This document shows positions 39,041-52,497 of a stretch of DNA of 64,000 bases, in pieces. The notes under the pieces were generated by a model that ran no database searches, was not told the origin of the DNA, and saw only the letters and a list, made by a program, of their open reading frames with translations. The position numbers and the translations under genes are program-made. This stretch comes from Parasitella parasitica NRRL 2501 (Eukaryota; Fungi; Mucoromycota), in contig MU619284.1 in NCBI GenBank assembly GCA_025201805.1, positions 22,484-86,483 on the forward strand, in the 5' to 3' direction. Each line of letters begins with the position of its first letter. The first letter of the stretch is position 1.

Positions 39041-41201
39041 CTAGGTGAAAGACCTGCCGTTTGTTAATGCATTGTACATGTCGCTGATTTGTTTTTGATA
39101 CAAATTCTGTACAAGTTCACGTTTCAGTTTGAACGTAGGCGTTAAAAGCTCGTTTTCTATCGTGAATTCGTCTGTCGAAAGATAAAGTGCCTTGACCTGT
39201 TCGAATCCCTTGAGATCATTTGCTTTGCCAAACGCAGCGACATTTTCCAGCATCTGTGCGTTAACCTCGGGTGATTCGCAAAGGGCTTCAAATGACATGG
39301 ATGCAAATTCAGGCTTCTTGGATGCCCAATGCATGAATGTGACCCTGTCGGGCACAAAAATGCCTACTATTTGGTTCTGTAAAGAGTCGCCGTAAACATA
39401 AGCTTGCGCTATCAATTCATTCTTTTGGTAGATGCTCTCAACCTTTTCAGGCGCAATGTATTCTCCCTGAGAGAGCTTGAAAATGTTCTTGAGACGATCA
39501 ATGATAGCCAAACGCTTTGCCTCATCAAATATACCAATGTCTCCTGTGTGCAGCCATCCCTCAGAATCAATCACTTGTGCTGTCTTTTCGGGATTCTTGT
39601 AATACTCTCTCATTACTGCATTGCCACGGATACAGATTTCACCGCGAGGATACGGAAGGTCTGTAGACAAGTATTTCATGTCTGGCACATCAACAAGTTT
39701 GACTTCTGAGCACGGGAATGGTGCACCAACCACGCCTGTTGTGTTGTCACCTATTATTGTCTATATAAACGCATGAGTTGGCTTGTCTTTAGATTGTAAA
39801 CGTTTATCTTACTAATGCTCCGCTACAATAATTTTCAGTCTGGCCGTATCCTTCGTGAACTGTGGCAGAGAAGCAAATCTTTAAAAAGGCCAATACCTCG
39901 GGAGCAATAGGCGCTGAACCACTCAAAATGAAGCGTATTCTACCGCCTAATTTTTCACGGACAGGAGCAAATACAAGACGATCGTAAACCCAGTGATGCA
40001 CAGAGTTGTTCAAGTTGGCCTTTTTTGCATTGTAAGCCACGTTGAAAAGATACTTTGAGAGTCCACCTTTGGCATTCACTCCAGCCAGCACATTATCGTA
40101 AATTCGGTTAAACAGACGAGGCACCGAGACAAAGATAGTAGGCTTCAACTCATAAATGTCGTCCATCAGCCCTGCATTGTCGCCATGGTAATAGCCGATG
40201 GCAGCACCCATAAAAAGAACAAAACCCTGTGCCACACGCTCAAATACATGCGCCATGGGGAGATACGAGATGTAGACATCGCTTTCATTGACACTCGCAA
40301 AGCAGCCAATTTCGCTGACGTGCGACACGCCAAAAGTAGACGCAACACAGTTGGCTTGCGTAAGAACTGCTCCTTTTGGAACACCCGTGGTACCGCTTGT
40401 ATAACAGATAGTAGCAACGTCGTCCCCTGAGGGAATGTCAGATTCTTGGGTAAACTCGGCTCCTAATCCCTCCACTTGCGTAAATGTGTAAACAGTGACC
40501 CCCAATTCCTTGGCTCGGTGCAAGTCTCGAGAATCTATATCGTTATCCATCGAGATGATGTGTTTAATCTTGGGAATAGCGGTTTTAATGTCCAGAATAT
40601 TGCTGACTTTGTCTGCGCTGGCAATGATGTACTCCATCTCGGTTTCATTGATAATGTGCTCCATGGCTTCGGCGCCTAATGTATCGTACAAAGCGACAAT
40701 AATAAAAGCTTCCCGATAGGACGCAATCTCTGAAATGGTCTTGCTGCGAGGTCAGTACGCTGGCTCTGTCGTCATATGCAAGCACCTTGCGCAACTTACC
40801 CATTCACGGCGATTGATACTGTAAACTCCAAGCGAACATTGTCTTTGCATGCCCAGAGCGGCGAGACCTCTACCAAAGTCTTCAATATGAGTCTTGACTT
40901 CACGGTGCGTCTCCCACTCATATTCCTTGTGCAAATCGCCTTTCTTGCAACGAGTGCCCAAAAACGGTCGATCTGCATTGTAACGTGGTTACTCGGATAA
41001 GCCTGCCGCTTTTGTCTGTTTTCACATACCAGTACTGAGATGGTACCGATGAAGATACATTTCCCACATGGTAAAGATACCTGGAGGATGTGCGAGCAAT
41101 TTATCAGCAAACCTAAAGTGGCGGTAAACGGATGTCTCGCAGTCTTTCTTGACGTAGCCCTGGGCTTCTACAGCGTAAGGAGGTTCGAATTGATATACCA
41201 T
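39041..41201 (-). CDS. Long-chain fatty acyl-CoA synthetase
   Basis: ICYTSGTTGVPKG, YLPMAHVFER, EGYGQTE, GWLHTGDIG and LTPTFKLKR; three introns. Confidence 0.95.
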
Positions 41202-41528
41202 CTTTTGCTTGTTAATAAAGTAAAAAACGAGGTTAAATGTCTGTTTCTTTGTATGTATTTAAACGGAACACCTGAAACGAGCTTTGTGGTCTATTTGGCT
41301 CCCAAAAAATGGGTTAAATAAAGGATTGCCCCATTTTAGAAAAAAAAATTCCAGTTGGAACAATTCTCAAAGAACCTCCTCGTGTAAATCAGAAAATCAT
41401 TAACCGTGGTTGAGCTGATAATGATTACATCTGATTCATCTCGAGTAAATAGCATCTTTAAAAAAGTACCCTTATTTCCACACAACGACATACTGAGAGA
41501 CTTTACTCAGAGATACGTATTAGACATT

Positions 41529-41566
41529 TGAGCATGAGCATGAGCATGAGCATGAGCATGAGCATG
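41529..41566. repeat. (TGAGCA)6 hexanucleotide microsatellite
   Basis: Directly visible in the divergent intergenic region. Confidence 0.9.
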
Positions 41567-42015
41567 AACATCAACATGAACAATAAACATGACGGTATTT
41601 TGACTCGTAGCGATTAGGATCATATCAGGAAGCTAGCTGATAAAGGCAGAACTTCAGTACTCAAGCGAGCAAGCGATTAAAATCAGAAATCGTCTTGGAC
41701 TCTACACCTGTTTGAGGCTTACTTTGTCCTATATGTTGTTTATATAATCTTGTACGGTTTTTCCCTCATGATAATACCAACGATAATCGATCATCATTGT
41801 AATTCTTGGATGAATATATATTATCAGGAAGCGCCATGGTCTCTCCCGGCCTTTTGACAAGCGAACAGCAAATTTGACAAACCTTTACAAATGTATTCAA
41901 AAGCGCAAAAGCAGTTCAAAGAACCCGGTACTCAGACAAATGTCGATCAGATGAAACTTGCTCGGAAACAATAAAGATCCGGGAGAACCGTTTATTCATC
42001 TTCTTTTTTCGCCTA

Positions 42016-42776
42016 ATGTCTCAACCTGCTTACAATCATTTGCCCAAAGAGCTCAAGAACCACTACGTTATTCAAAGACATGGCTTTTCTTTGGCTAATA
42101 ATGAAGGCTTAATATGCTCGAACCCTGACATTGCCATTCCTTCTGCTGGTGGACCTTTGAACACTGGTTACGGTTTACATGAAAAGGGCAAGCTTCAAGT
42201 CAAAGAGGTGGGTTTGCGGAAAAAGTTTAAAAATGGCAAAAAACTCATACGTTTTTTTTGTGTACATAGTCTGCTACTTTGCTATCCAAGCATCTTTTCC
42301 CTACTCAAAAGACGCCAACTGACCAAGACGCTCCTGTTGTCATATTTTGCTCTCCTTTCAAGAGAACCGTTGAAACGGCTGATATTATTCAAGGCGTTCT
42401 TAACGACACAGTTTTTCATGGCAAGATAGAAGCGCCAATTCGTGAATTGGAACTGCGTGAGCGCTGGTACGGCAAGTTTGATATGACATCTGATAAAAAC
42501 TACGAACTCTGCTGGCTCGATGATGCTGCTGCGCCAGACCATGGTGAACACAGTCAGTACAATATCGAATCGCCCAGCAGCGTTTGTGATAGAGCCACTC
42601 GTTTTATTGCCGACAAAATTGAGAGCCAAATGCAAGGCAAGATTATCATTTTGGTTGCACATGGCGATATCTGTCAAATCATGCTGACAGCCTTTGCACG
42701 CACGGACGCTTGGAAGCACAGAACACTCAAACACGTTGACACTGCCAACTGGAGAGATACTTTAGACTTTGAATAA
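42016..42776 (+). CDS. Histidine phosphatase / phosphoglycerate mutase family protein
   Basis: RHG, SPFKRTVETA, LRER.YG and VAHGD; intron 42208-42269. Confidence 0.9.
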
Positions 42777-42793
42777 ATGTAAAATTTTATTGT

Positions 42794-43714
42794 TTAAATT
42801 GCAGTATTTGATCGGTTTAAGGATTGCAATAATGAATTTGACATGACGCTGTATATTTTAGAACAGCCATCGATACATTGCGCAATGGCATTGGAGCTGA
42901 TGGTACTATCGGATCGGCCAGACTGCAGAATATGAGTCACTTTGTTGAGTGAAGGCATGTATGACAGCATTAATGAGCCTTCCTTGTGGGTTTCCTCGAC
43001 ATCTGTGGCATCCATAAGTATATCTTGATCGTTCATGAAAATGGTGGAGCATGCCGTAACTTGGTCCAACATTTCAATACCGGCATCGGCTAAAGCGACG
43101 CTCGATGCAACAATAGCAGCAGCAAGACAAGAGCTTGTGCCGTCGTTTTCAAGCACATTGACGTAGATGTCAATGGCTGATTTTGGTAGCAGTTCCACTC
43201 TGACAGCTGGCGTAAGTGCTTCCACTAGAATTTGCGAGAATTCCTTTTCTTCAGCGTCCCTTATATGACCTCGTCTATTTGTGCAAGAAAACGTCGAGAA
43301 TTTAAAATCACAATGAAGCTTGCAAAGATTGGAAAAGTCTGCTTTCTTTAGCTGTCGAGGGCCATATCTGGCGAGAAAAATGTGTTAAAAAAAAAAAAAA
43401 AAAAAACGCAGCCAATATTGCACTTGTAAACATACACTGCACAAGTAACCTTTGTGTTTCCAATTTCAATATAGGCTGATCCACTTGCTTGTGTAATGAG
43501 TCCAGTTTTCAAAACTGTGATGATTTACGTGTTAATTCTGCCATGTGCTTAAGCCAGAAAAAAAAAATTGTAATTTACAGATTGGCCGAAGATCTTCAAC
43601 GCCTCTTTCATCTAATCGCTTCTTTTCATTGTTTAATACATTTGTAGTTTCTTTTGCTTTTACAAAAATGGGAGCGACACTTGATTCAGGTCCATTCACA
43701 CGCTTACGATCCAT
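42794..43714 (-). CDS. MTR3: Exosome RNase PH-like subunit Mtr3 (EXOSC6)
   Basis: MDRKRVNGP start, ASGSAYIEIGNTKV, LPKSAIDIYVNVLENDG and ALADAGIEMLD. Confidence 0.8.
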
Positions 43715-43961
43715 ATTGTTTATATTTTTTTTTTTAAAAAAAAAAAAAAAAAAACTTACAATTTGGCATGAGGAGACACTTTACTTTGACGATGGCTTCG
43801 ATTAGAGTCACAGACATTGTCAATCTTAATTAAATGCGGTACAGTATGCATTAGTGGCTTTTTCACTATCGAGCTTTCAAAAGCGACAACAGTCTCTAAA
43901 GTCAGAATTACAATGATATTGATAATGCTACAGTTTTATTATTGTATAGATGAGGGTTATT

Positions 43962-45800
43962 TTATAATGAGGTGGTATAACGGCGGCTTCTGGTTACATG
44001 CGACATCAAAGACGCAGACTCTTCATCCGCACTGTAAACATTTTGCCGAGAGTCTCTTGGTGAAGAAGGTGGGGATGGGAGTGATGTAAATGTTAATTTT
44101 AGCTTTGATTGTTCCTCCTCCAATAAAGACTTTAGGGAATTCTTGCTTTCCTCCCATTGTTTCAACAAGCTGACCATATTTTCATCAATATGTGCAAAGC
44201 GCTTGTCTATTCTCTTTAAACTAATGCTTGACACTAGACGAGAAAAAAAAAAAAAAAAAGGTTAGCAATGTAAATCACTATACGGCTTTAGTCTGCATCC
44301 AGATTTACCTCGGCCTGATGCCAATGATTTTGTATCTTGTCTACATAAAAACAACTTGGCCTGCATATCTTCAATGTGTTTTGCGACCACAGAGACACGA
44401 TGCATCAATGTAATGCACCTTGCGTCAGAAATAGATGTCTCCTCATTCACGCTGGAGGTGTCTGATAGTGCCCCAGCTGTCAATGAAATTTTTTCATCGT
44501 CCTCTTTGGCTGGTTTCTCAGCTACAAGACTGTTGAGTACACATCACACTGCAGATATTCCCTTTCTTTCAAACCTACTTGAATCAATCAATTCAGACGC
44601 AATAACGGATAATTTCTCGTTGAAGTATACATATTCTCGCACCAAATTACGGTTTACTTGGATAGCTTGGCTCCAAGTCTTTCCGTATCGGGAAGATCTA
44701 TTGTTTGACATGACATCCAATGCTAGTAAATACAGCAGGTATTCTCGGCGTTTCCAGCCAATGACAGAACAGATTAGGTCAATATCTTCGAGCTTGTATT
44801 GGTTTGAATCGAATTCCAACAGCATGGAGGGGATATCCTGGTTGACATTGTACATATCTCGAAGATGCGATAGGCTGTGAGCATCGATCAAGGGCTGTAG
44901 TTGCTGGACAGTTTCAACAAATGTTTCAAAATGAGACGATAAAAGAGAGCCAAGCTTTTGCTGATGCTTTTGCTGATGCTGATCATCTGATAAAATGGAT
45001 GATCTCAGTAAGCTACTCAACATGGAATCGCTTTTCTGAGACAAAGAAATAATCTCGTGCATCGAATCAAGCGCTGATGCGTGGATTTTTCGTATCTGTA
45101 CACGTTTCTATTTTTAAAAAAAAAGGATACGTTAGTTCCTTGTAATTATATATATTAGTGCTGTGGACAATGAACTTACAAAATGTCGAACAATAAAATA
45201 ACATGCCAGTATATTGATAAACAGCACAGGCAAGATTAAGCGAGACTGATGCATGACAACAAGCGAGGCAATGTTTGCCAAAGCAAGGCTGGATGCAAGG
45301 CTGGATGCAAGGCCTTGGTTGGAAAAGTTTTTGATGTGCTGCTTGTGCGTCTCATTGCTGCTGGTTGATGTTGATTCAAACGCTGTGGACAATGGTCTTT
45401 GTTGTTCTGCAGATGACGTTGCTCCTAATAATGCTGCAGGCTGAGGTGTCTCATTGAACAGAGATGAGGTTACAATCAGGTATTTAAATTCCTCTTCAAA
45501 GATCGACTGTTCGGATGTCGACAGAGTAAAAGATAGCAGAGACTACATGTGCGGCATACAGACAACAAGGATAAGCATTTTGTTCTCTTACAGTTTGCGC
45601 GAATGTGAATTTGGTTATCAACATACCTTGAACAGATGGATCCAGTGATTAAATAGAGACCACAAGACATCAGCAATAGATGATACAGACGACTTCTTGT
45701 CGGGAGTTTCATACCACCGTAAGTAGGCAACAAGCATCACTGTACACAGCCCCATAGCAGCAACAGGAGCCAGCAGCGTAAGGTCGATATCAGGTACCAT
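43962..45800 (-). CDS. Vezatin / myosin-binding domain membrane protein
   Basis: FEEEFKYLIVTSSLFNE, two hydrophobic segments, WKRREYLLYLLAL, and HIEDMQAKLFLC with a coiled-coil tail; multi-exon. Confidence 0.65.
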
Positions 45801-45891
<91 letters not shown>

Positions 45892-46376
45892 TTGTTAAAA
45901 TATGAAAGAAAGAGTCAAGAGCTTGAAACTTCGGTGCAGATGCAAATATAAATAATGCGTCTAATTTGGACTCCACCTGTGGTTTCAAAAGAGGCACTGT
46001 ACAACGGCATCTTATTGGAGACAGAATCTTGCACGGTTGCACCACTGTTTGTAGCAAAAAATGCAACAAACATGCTGCTTGCGTAGGTGGACATCAATTT
46101 ATCTCGATTGAGAATATAGCCAGCAGTGTTATTGCACTTGTCGAGCCTCTCTGCGAGAATAATCGTCCTATAACTATATAAACGGTGTCATTTTTTGATT
46201 TGTCGACTTGAAATATATGCAAAATAAGCGTTAGGAAAAGGAGGTGCCAAGTTATGGAGAAGGGCTCTTTTCCCACTTGGCTTTAGACAAATCCCTGAAT
46301 ATGTGCATACATAGGCAAGTATTGTAGAACTCAATGATGCAATGTCTTTTATACATATGTTTGATTTATTAATACG

Positions 46377-47044
46377 CTATATTTGCTTATACTGCTCTTG
46401 CTGCTGTTGTTCCTCAGTTTTGTATACGTGGAAAATGGGTCTTACTAATATATAAGCGTCTCTGTTTTCAATCTGTTTGTAGTAATTTGGGACGACGCTT
46501 TGTATTCGGAATCCATTGCGACTGTAAAATCGTATAGCTGCTTCGTTGGCTGTCTGTACGTGTAGATAAATCGATGCGATAACCGGATCACTCTGTCTCT
46601 TTAGTATTTGAACAATATGCTCTATAAGTATGCTGCCTGCATTTTGAACTAATAATTAACACTCAGGCTTACTGAATATATTCTCTATAATATATACATG
46701 CCTAATCCCAAGTTTCTGTATTTCTTGAGAACTCCCAGGGTCATCATATACACCCTTGCTGTGAAATTATTGTACTTGGATGGCTCTGTTCGACAGCATA
46801 TTGCCCCAGCATACTCATTATCGTAGTACACTATCTATTCGTTAGACTTTTCTTGACAGGTTTTCATTGGATTTCTCATCTTACCCATTTGTGCCAATTC
46901 CCCAGCGTTCAAAACCTGATCATAAAACTTTTGTCCGTAAATTATAGGGAAAACACGTGAATGCAAATCTGCTAAATCTTTCAAAGAATCATTTGTAACG
47001 CTGACAAGTGTAATGCGAGTTGAATTCGTGATTGCTGGAACCAT
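46377..47044 (-). CDS. GNAT N-acetyltransferase, NAA50-like
   Basis: LHSRVFPIIYGQKFY, YMMTLGVL..YRNLGLG, IYLHVQTANEAAIRFY and NYYKQI...DAYIL. Confidence 0.85.
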
Positions 47045-47689
47045 AACACTGTGGATGAATGCAATAGTATATTGCCAAAAAAAAAATGATATTCACAAGA
47101 ATACATCTTTCTTCGGTCTGTTCATGCAATTTTAAATATCCGCGTGTTGTCATACAAGTGGCATCAGCCAGGGACTAATTTGATCTCATGTCATCATGGT
47201 TAAAACGATCATATATTCGAGTTGTAAGCATGATGCATGAGTTTTACATCGTAACGGTCAGACAGCATATGCGCTACGATATTTAGCCAACTGCGAACAA
47301 TTGACATTTTGAAGGTAAATAAATCCATCCAGCGACTTGTATTAGAAAAATGTAGGAAGCCTACAAACAAATTTTATAACTGATACAGGAATACTTCCTT
47401 ATAAGAATGCGGATGAAATGAATTTAAAGATCAACTTTACATTAATTAATAATAGTTGCAATATTGGCATTGCATGTGATTGTGAATTACTTGATTGGAA
47501 ATAACACATGGCATTTGTTGGTTGATCTTCTCCGAATTATCAAAAAAGAAGTGGCGTGCTTTACAGCATACTGCAAAAGTTCAAAATCAGGCATATTAAG
47601 TGTTCATGTTGAACAATGTGACTATGTATCACCGTAATCCCTCTACGGAAACAAATTCTCTTCTTTTGAGACCATGATACAAAAGATAA

Positions 47690-48830
47690 ATGCAGATTGA
47701 AGAGGAAATACCGCAATTACCAAATATTAGGCCGCTATATACATCAAAAGAGCCAGTATCATGCATACACGAGCAAAAAGATATCGACACATTCATAAAA
47801 TCAAGAGCATTTGATCGTATCATGACTTTTGTCATGCTGCTGAATAAGAGTGTTATGCAAAAAAAGATATCAGATGCGTGTCATATATCCTCTGTAGGTC
47901 GATACTGCACATATATTCAATATCCTACTAATGCATGACATTTTCAAGCAAACACAGCATATTTTGGACATGCTAAATACATTAGATGCTTGGATAGATG
48001 ATTTCCCTCCACTGGATAACCCGCAACGGTTTGGAAACAAAGCTTTTCGATTTTGGGCTGCAAAATTAGTTGAGGTAAGTAAAAAAAAATGTTGATTGTA
48101 AATGTCTTAACCCTCCCCATTTTTTAAACTATAGTCTTCTGCCGACCTAATGAAAGATGCATTATCTGAACAACTTCATGACGCTATTCCTGAGCTGTCA
48201 GAGTATTTGAATAAAGGATTTGGCAATGAAACTCGAATTGATTATGGCTCTGGCCATGAACTCAGTTTTGTTGCTTGGCTGGCTGGAATATCTTTATTGG
48301 GAGGATTCACAACTGATGATTATCAAGCAATTGTATTGAGAATCTTTGTCAGATATTTAGAATTAGTACGCAGACTTCAAATCACTTATAGCTTGGAACC
48401 AGCGGGAAGTCATGGTGTGTGGGGATTAGATGATTTCCAGTTTTTGCCATATGTGTGGGGTAGTGCGCAATTAATTAGTAAGTGGCTTTTACGATTTTAT
48501 GTATGGTTGCCATGGTAACAATATGTTATAGATCATCCAAGATTAACACCAAGATCAATTGTTCAAGATAAATCAATTAGTACGTCACAACGGGATGTAG
48601 TAGATGCATTTGCAGACGATTACATGTATTTTAGATGTATTCAATACATTTTGCAAGTGAAGAAGGGGCCATTTTTTGAGCATTCGCCTTTGCTAAACGA
48701 TATATCTGCTGTAATTTCATGGAACAAGGTGAACGCAGGCATGTCCAAAATGTACGTTGCTGAAGTAATGAAGAAGGTCCCCGTAGTTCAACATTTCAAA
48801 TTTGGAAATTTATTCCCATTCAGTCATTGA
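47690..48830 (+). CDS. PP2A activator PTPA (Rrd1/Rrd2 family)
   Basis: QRFGNKAFR, RIDYGSGHELSF, LEPAGSHGVWGLDD and KVPVVQHFKFG. Confidence 0.95.
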
Positions 48831-48911
48831 TACAAAATAGCCCGTAGTTTTAAATAAATAAAAAAAAAAAAAGTTTTTCTCTTCCATTGTTCTAATTAGC
48901 AGACAAAAACT

Positions 48912-50202
48912 ATGAAATTTACCCATGAACCCAATATGAAATTACCATCAGTAGTATTGCAAGTAGATCCAAAGCCAGTATATTACATTGGTCCTGCGAC
49001 AAGAGATAATCCAATGTCGCAAATCCGAACGAAATTATTAGGAAATGTTTATTTTAACGATTCAAAGATCAAATGGAATCGTATCACGCTTCATTTCACT
49101 GGAAAAGCTGGTTTAAATATTCTTGCTGCTTCTTGTACTCTTCCTCCTGATGTTGTCAGTTCTCAATCGGATTTACAAGAATCGAGTACCGCAACAACTC
49201 ATTTGGAAACAACAGTTACCTTGTGCGATGTTGAGAAAGAGTTGATTTTTAGCCATGAAAATGTCATTGATTTTGGTTTCTATTTACCTCCATACCTTCC
49301 TCCTAGCATAAGAACAAAACATGCGTTTGTCGAGTACACACTATCCGTCATTTGCTCTTCTTCCGGGACTTTTTCAAAAAAGCAAAGAGTGGAAACGCCT
49401 GTAACTGTTTGTAGACATTATTTACCTAGCCCAAGTTCTCTTATCCCAAGCGTTGAATACCACGGTGTCCGAGAATGGTTTGAATGGTCAGCTGAGGTCC
49501 CTAAAGCAACGGCAATCGAGGCTGGCGAAATTGTGATGGCTCTCAGATGGAGTGTAGAAAAAGAATTAGTTGAAGTTGATAAAATAAAGTTTTGCATCCA
49601 AGAATTAGAAACTTATCGGTATGTGTGATATAAACAAAATATATGCTATATAACTGTATTCCAGGTTTTGACAGGTGCATCTTTGTTTATTTAGATTCAG
49701 TACGAAAGCAGGCGTACATAATTTACCCCCAATGGTAACACCATTTCCTTGCACTACCTATCATCCACCGACGTTCTCAAACAGTTCAGAAACACATTTT
49801 ATCCGCACGCCTATACCTCTGATTGCAACAAAACGATCACCAAAGGCTATCAGAACCCATCATTTCGATCCATTTTTGGAAATATCGCATCGATTAAAGC
49901 TTGAGATTCACTTTAATGCTTCAACAATTACTGCACAGCCGCTTGAACTTGAATTTCCCATTATCATCACTGATTTTCCGCCTAATACAAAAGCTGATTA
50001 CTTTGTAGACCCATTATCACCTGTTCAATCAGTATCTACTATTTCAGACGGTAGTTTAATTTCATTATCACAGCCAGTTTTATCCGCGACTATCCAACCT
50101 GGTGGCGATGAAGTGTCCTGTGTCGATCTCGATTTACCAGAATATACTCCTCGCTATGAGAGAGGTTCTGCAGCACCGTACATGCCATCCTCATCATCAT
50201 AA
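48912..50202 (+). CDS. Alpha-arrestin-like protein
   Basis: FGFYLPPYLPPSI...VEYTL, ISHRLK...FPIII and C-terminal LPEY/PRY (PY-like) motifs; one intron. Confidence 0.7.
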
Positions 50203-50420
50203 ACATTGTCATAAACTTTATACATATACCTCCATCTATTGTCTAATGTTTGATGTAAATTATCTGTACACCTGTATGTAGATATCACAATACCATAAAG
50301 TATTTACATTACATTAAAGCTTCATTAATGTGAATGCCATTTTCAACAGTTTTTTTTTTAGTGTCTAAAGTATCTAAAATTTATTCTCGACATGTAAATG
50401 AACTGAGGTATTTTTTTTTT

Positions 50421-51836
50421 CTATTTTTGTGCATAAACAGCATACCATGTAAAGCATGTTTTACTCTGTTTCGCTTCTTCTCCGCATCGGTTGATATGTG
50501 CTTCATAAGCTTTGACGTCTTCATATTTGGGATTAGATGTTGCCATGACAGATCTTAAATTCAAGTAAGCATGTCTGTAGTCATTCCTATTAATCCAACG
50601 ATTAGATTCTACAGGCGAATACCATATAGCATGATGTTTACCATAGCAATTCACCAATCTTTCCACTGTGGTTCAAAGGGATATCCGCTTTTCTGGCAAC
50701 AGCATTTTTGAAACCGGCTTTTAATAAACGACCTTCTAATTCAGGGGCGATCGCTGGAGGTATACTGCGCGCCTTTGACAATTCCGCCACTATTGTTTTA
50801 CAAAAAAAAAACTTAACTTTAATTGATTTTGTGTACAGTTTGGGGTCACTCACGTGTATTCTGCAAGGAAAACATACAAGGCCCTGCCAAAAATAATGCA
50901 TGAAAATCAGGCTATAAATGTTGTTAGTGGGCCAGGGTCTAGTGTAGTTTATCTGCGGCAATTATAAAGTTCTATACCTCTACCAAGTCGATATATCCAC
51001 CCGGTTTTAGCACGCGGTACAACTCTTTAAGAGCCTATCATAAGTTAGCATGGAGCTACGAAAACGTTTTGAAAAAAAAAAAAGATATTTACTGAATCCC
51101 AATCGTTGTCTGTCAGCCCAAGAAAAAGCAATCTTTGATGAATGTAGTCAAAGGTGCTGTCAGGATAGGGAATTTCCTTGGCAATGTTACCAATGACAAA
51201 TTCAACATTGGCGGGCTTGATATCCTCAGGAAAAACGCAAGATGCATCAATACCATGAAATTTAGATCGAGGATATGTCTCGCCCATCTCAAAAGTCCAC
51301 GTAGCTGGGCCACATCCTGAATCTAAAACCATTATACCTTCTTCCAGCATCTCGGTAACAGGTGCATGGTAATTACTGTAGGTTAATCATGTTTAGAGCT
51401 TTGCAATATTCGCTGCAAAAATACAGGCATACCATTGAAGAGCAGCACGCAAGATCCAATGTTGTTCATGAACTCTATCAGTCTCTGAATAGAGTTATAC
51501 AATAAGATTAAAATACTCAAAAGAAAGCATGATTTAGTTCAAAAACTGCATACCATCATCATCATGGGGAAGTACATACGCTACTTCAGCATTTGTATGA
51601 TATTTTCTCCCATCTTTATACTGAAAAATGTACCCGCTGTGATCACTTTTTCGCTTTGACGGGCTGGATGGATTAGATACAGGACTCCTGGACAAGGCAC
51701 TTTTTGTATTTGGATGAACAGTTGAAGTAGACGACTGCTTACTATTGCTATGTCGCCTTTCAGATTTTATATTTGTTGAAGGTCCTTTGATTTCTTTTTG
51801 ATTAAGAAAATTTTTCAGAGGTGAAAATACGCCCAT
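50421..51836 (-). CDS. SAM-dependent methyltransferase (LaeA-like family)
   Basis: DGRKYH...YVLPHDD, VLDSGCGPATW, FDYIHQRLL and RVLKPGGYIDLVE; multi-exon. Confidence 0.88.
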
Positions 51837-52497
51837 CTTGTGTAAATGAAGGATAATTTATCAAGAAGAGAGAGAAAGAGTGATTAAAAGGGATAAGTAG
51901 AAGAAATAGGGTAGATAGTAGATTTGGAGTACAAAATTAGAGTGGTTCAATTAATTTGTTGGTAAGCCATTACAATAGATTAAGATTTCATTTATTCGCC
52001 ATCAAGGTGATACAGTTGAAAACAAAATCTAGTTGTTAGTCGTAAAATCAGAAATCAACCATGATAGCTGAGCTATCTACATGTTTCTGTAGTAACTTTC
52101 TTTCAAGGCGTTATAAGATCAATGAGAAACCAAAGAATCAGAGATATGCAATGAATTTGACAAATCATACATAAATCGTGCAATCACATTGAACCGCATT
52201 TAATTAAAGTCGACCGTCTGGGAAAATGGTAAATAAACACGGACCCGAACTTTAATTACTGATGACCACATTTGAAAGACCAAAAGCTAATCACTGTATT
52301 TGGGAAATGCCTTCTAAGTTGATAGGCCAGATCATCATAGAATCTATCCCACAATATAAAGTCATTTCTCCAGTTACTAAAAATTATCCGAAGCTTTCCC
52401 CGGTTGCAAATCTGGAAGCTTCATCGAAACATTTGATCCGCTTGCCGCCTTGTACCAAGCCCTGTGCAAAGTCCAGATTTTTTCATGTATGCTAGAG

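Noticed and set aside
39199-39212. GTTCGAATCC tRNA T-loop-like sequence
   Set aside because: It is antisense to acyl-CoA synthetase coding sequence (KGFEQ), with no cloverleaf around it.
42710-42721. tggaagcacag match to the TIR tip
   Set aside because: It lies inside the phosphatase coding sequence (WKHR), is not followed by TA, and does not extend.
45737-46069. Poly-Lys ORF
   Set aside because: It arises from an ~85-bp homopolymer upstream of the vezatin-like gene; such runs are common here and their lengths are unreliable.
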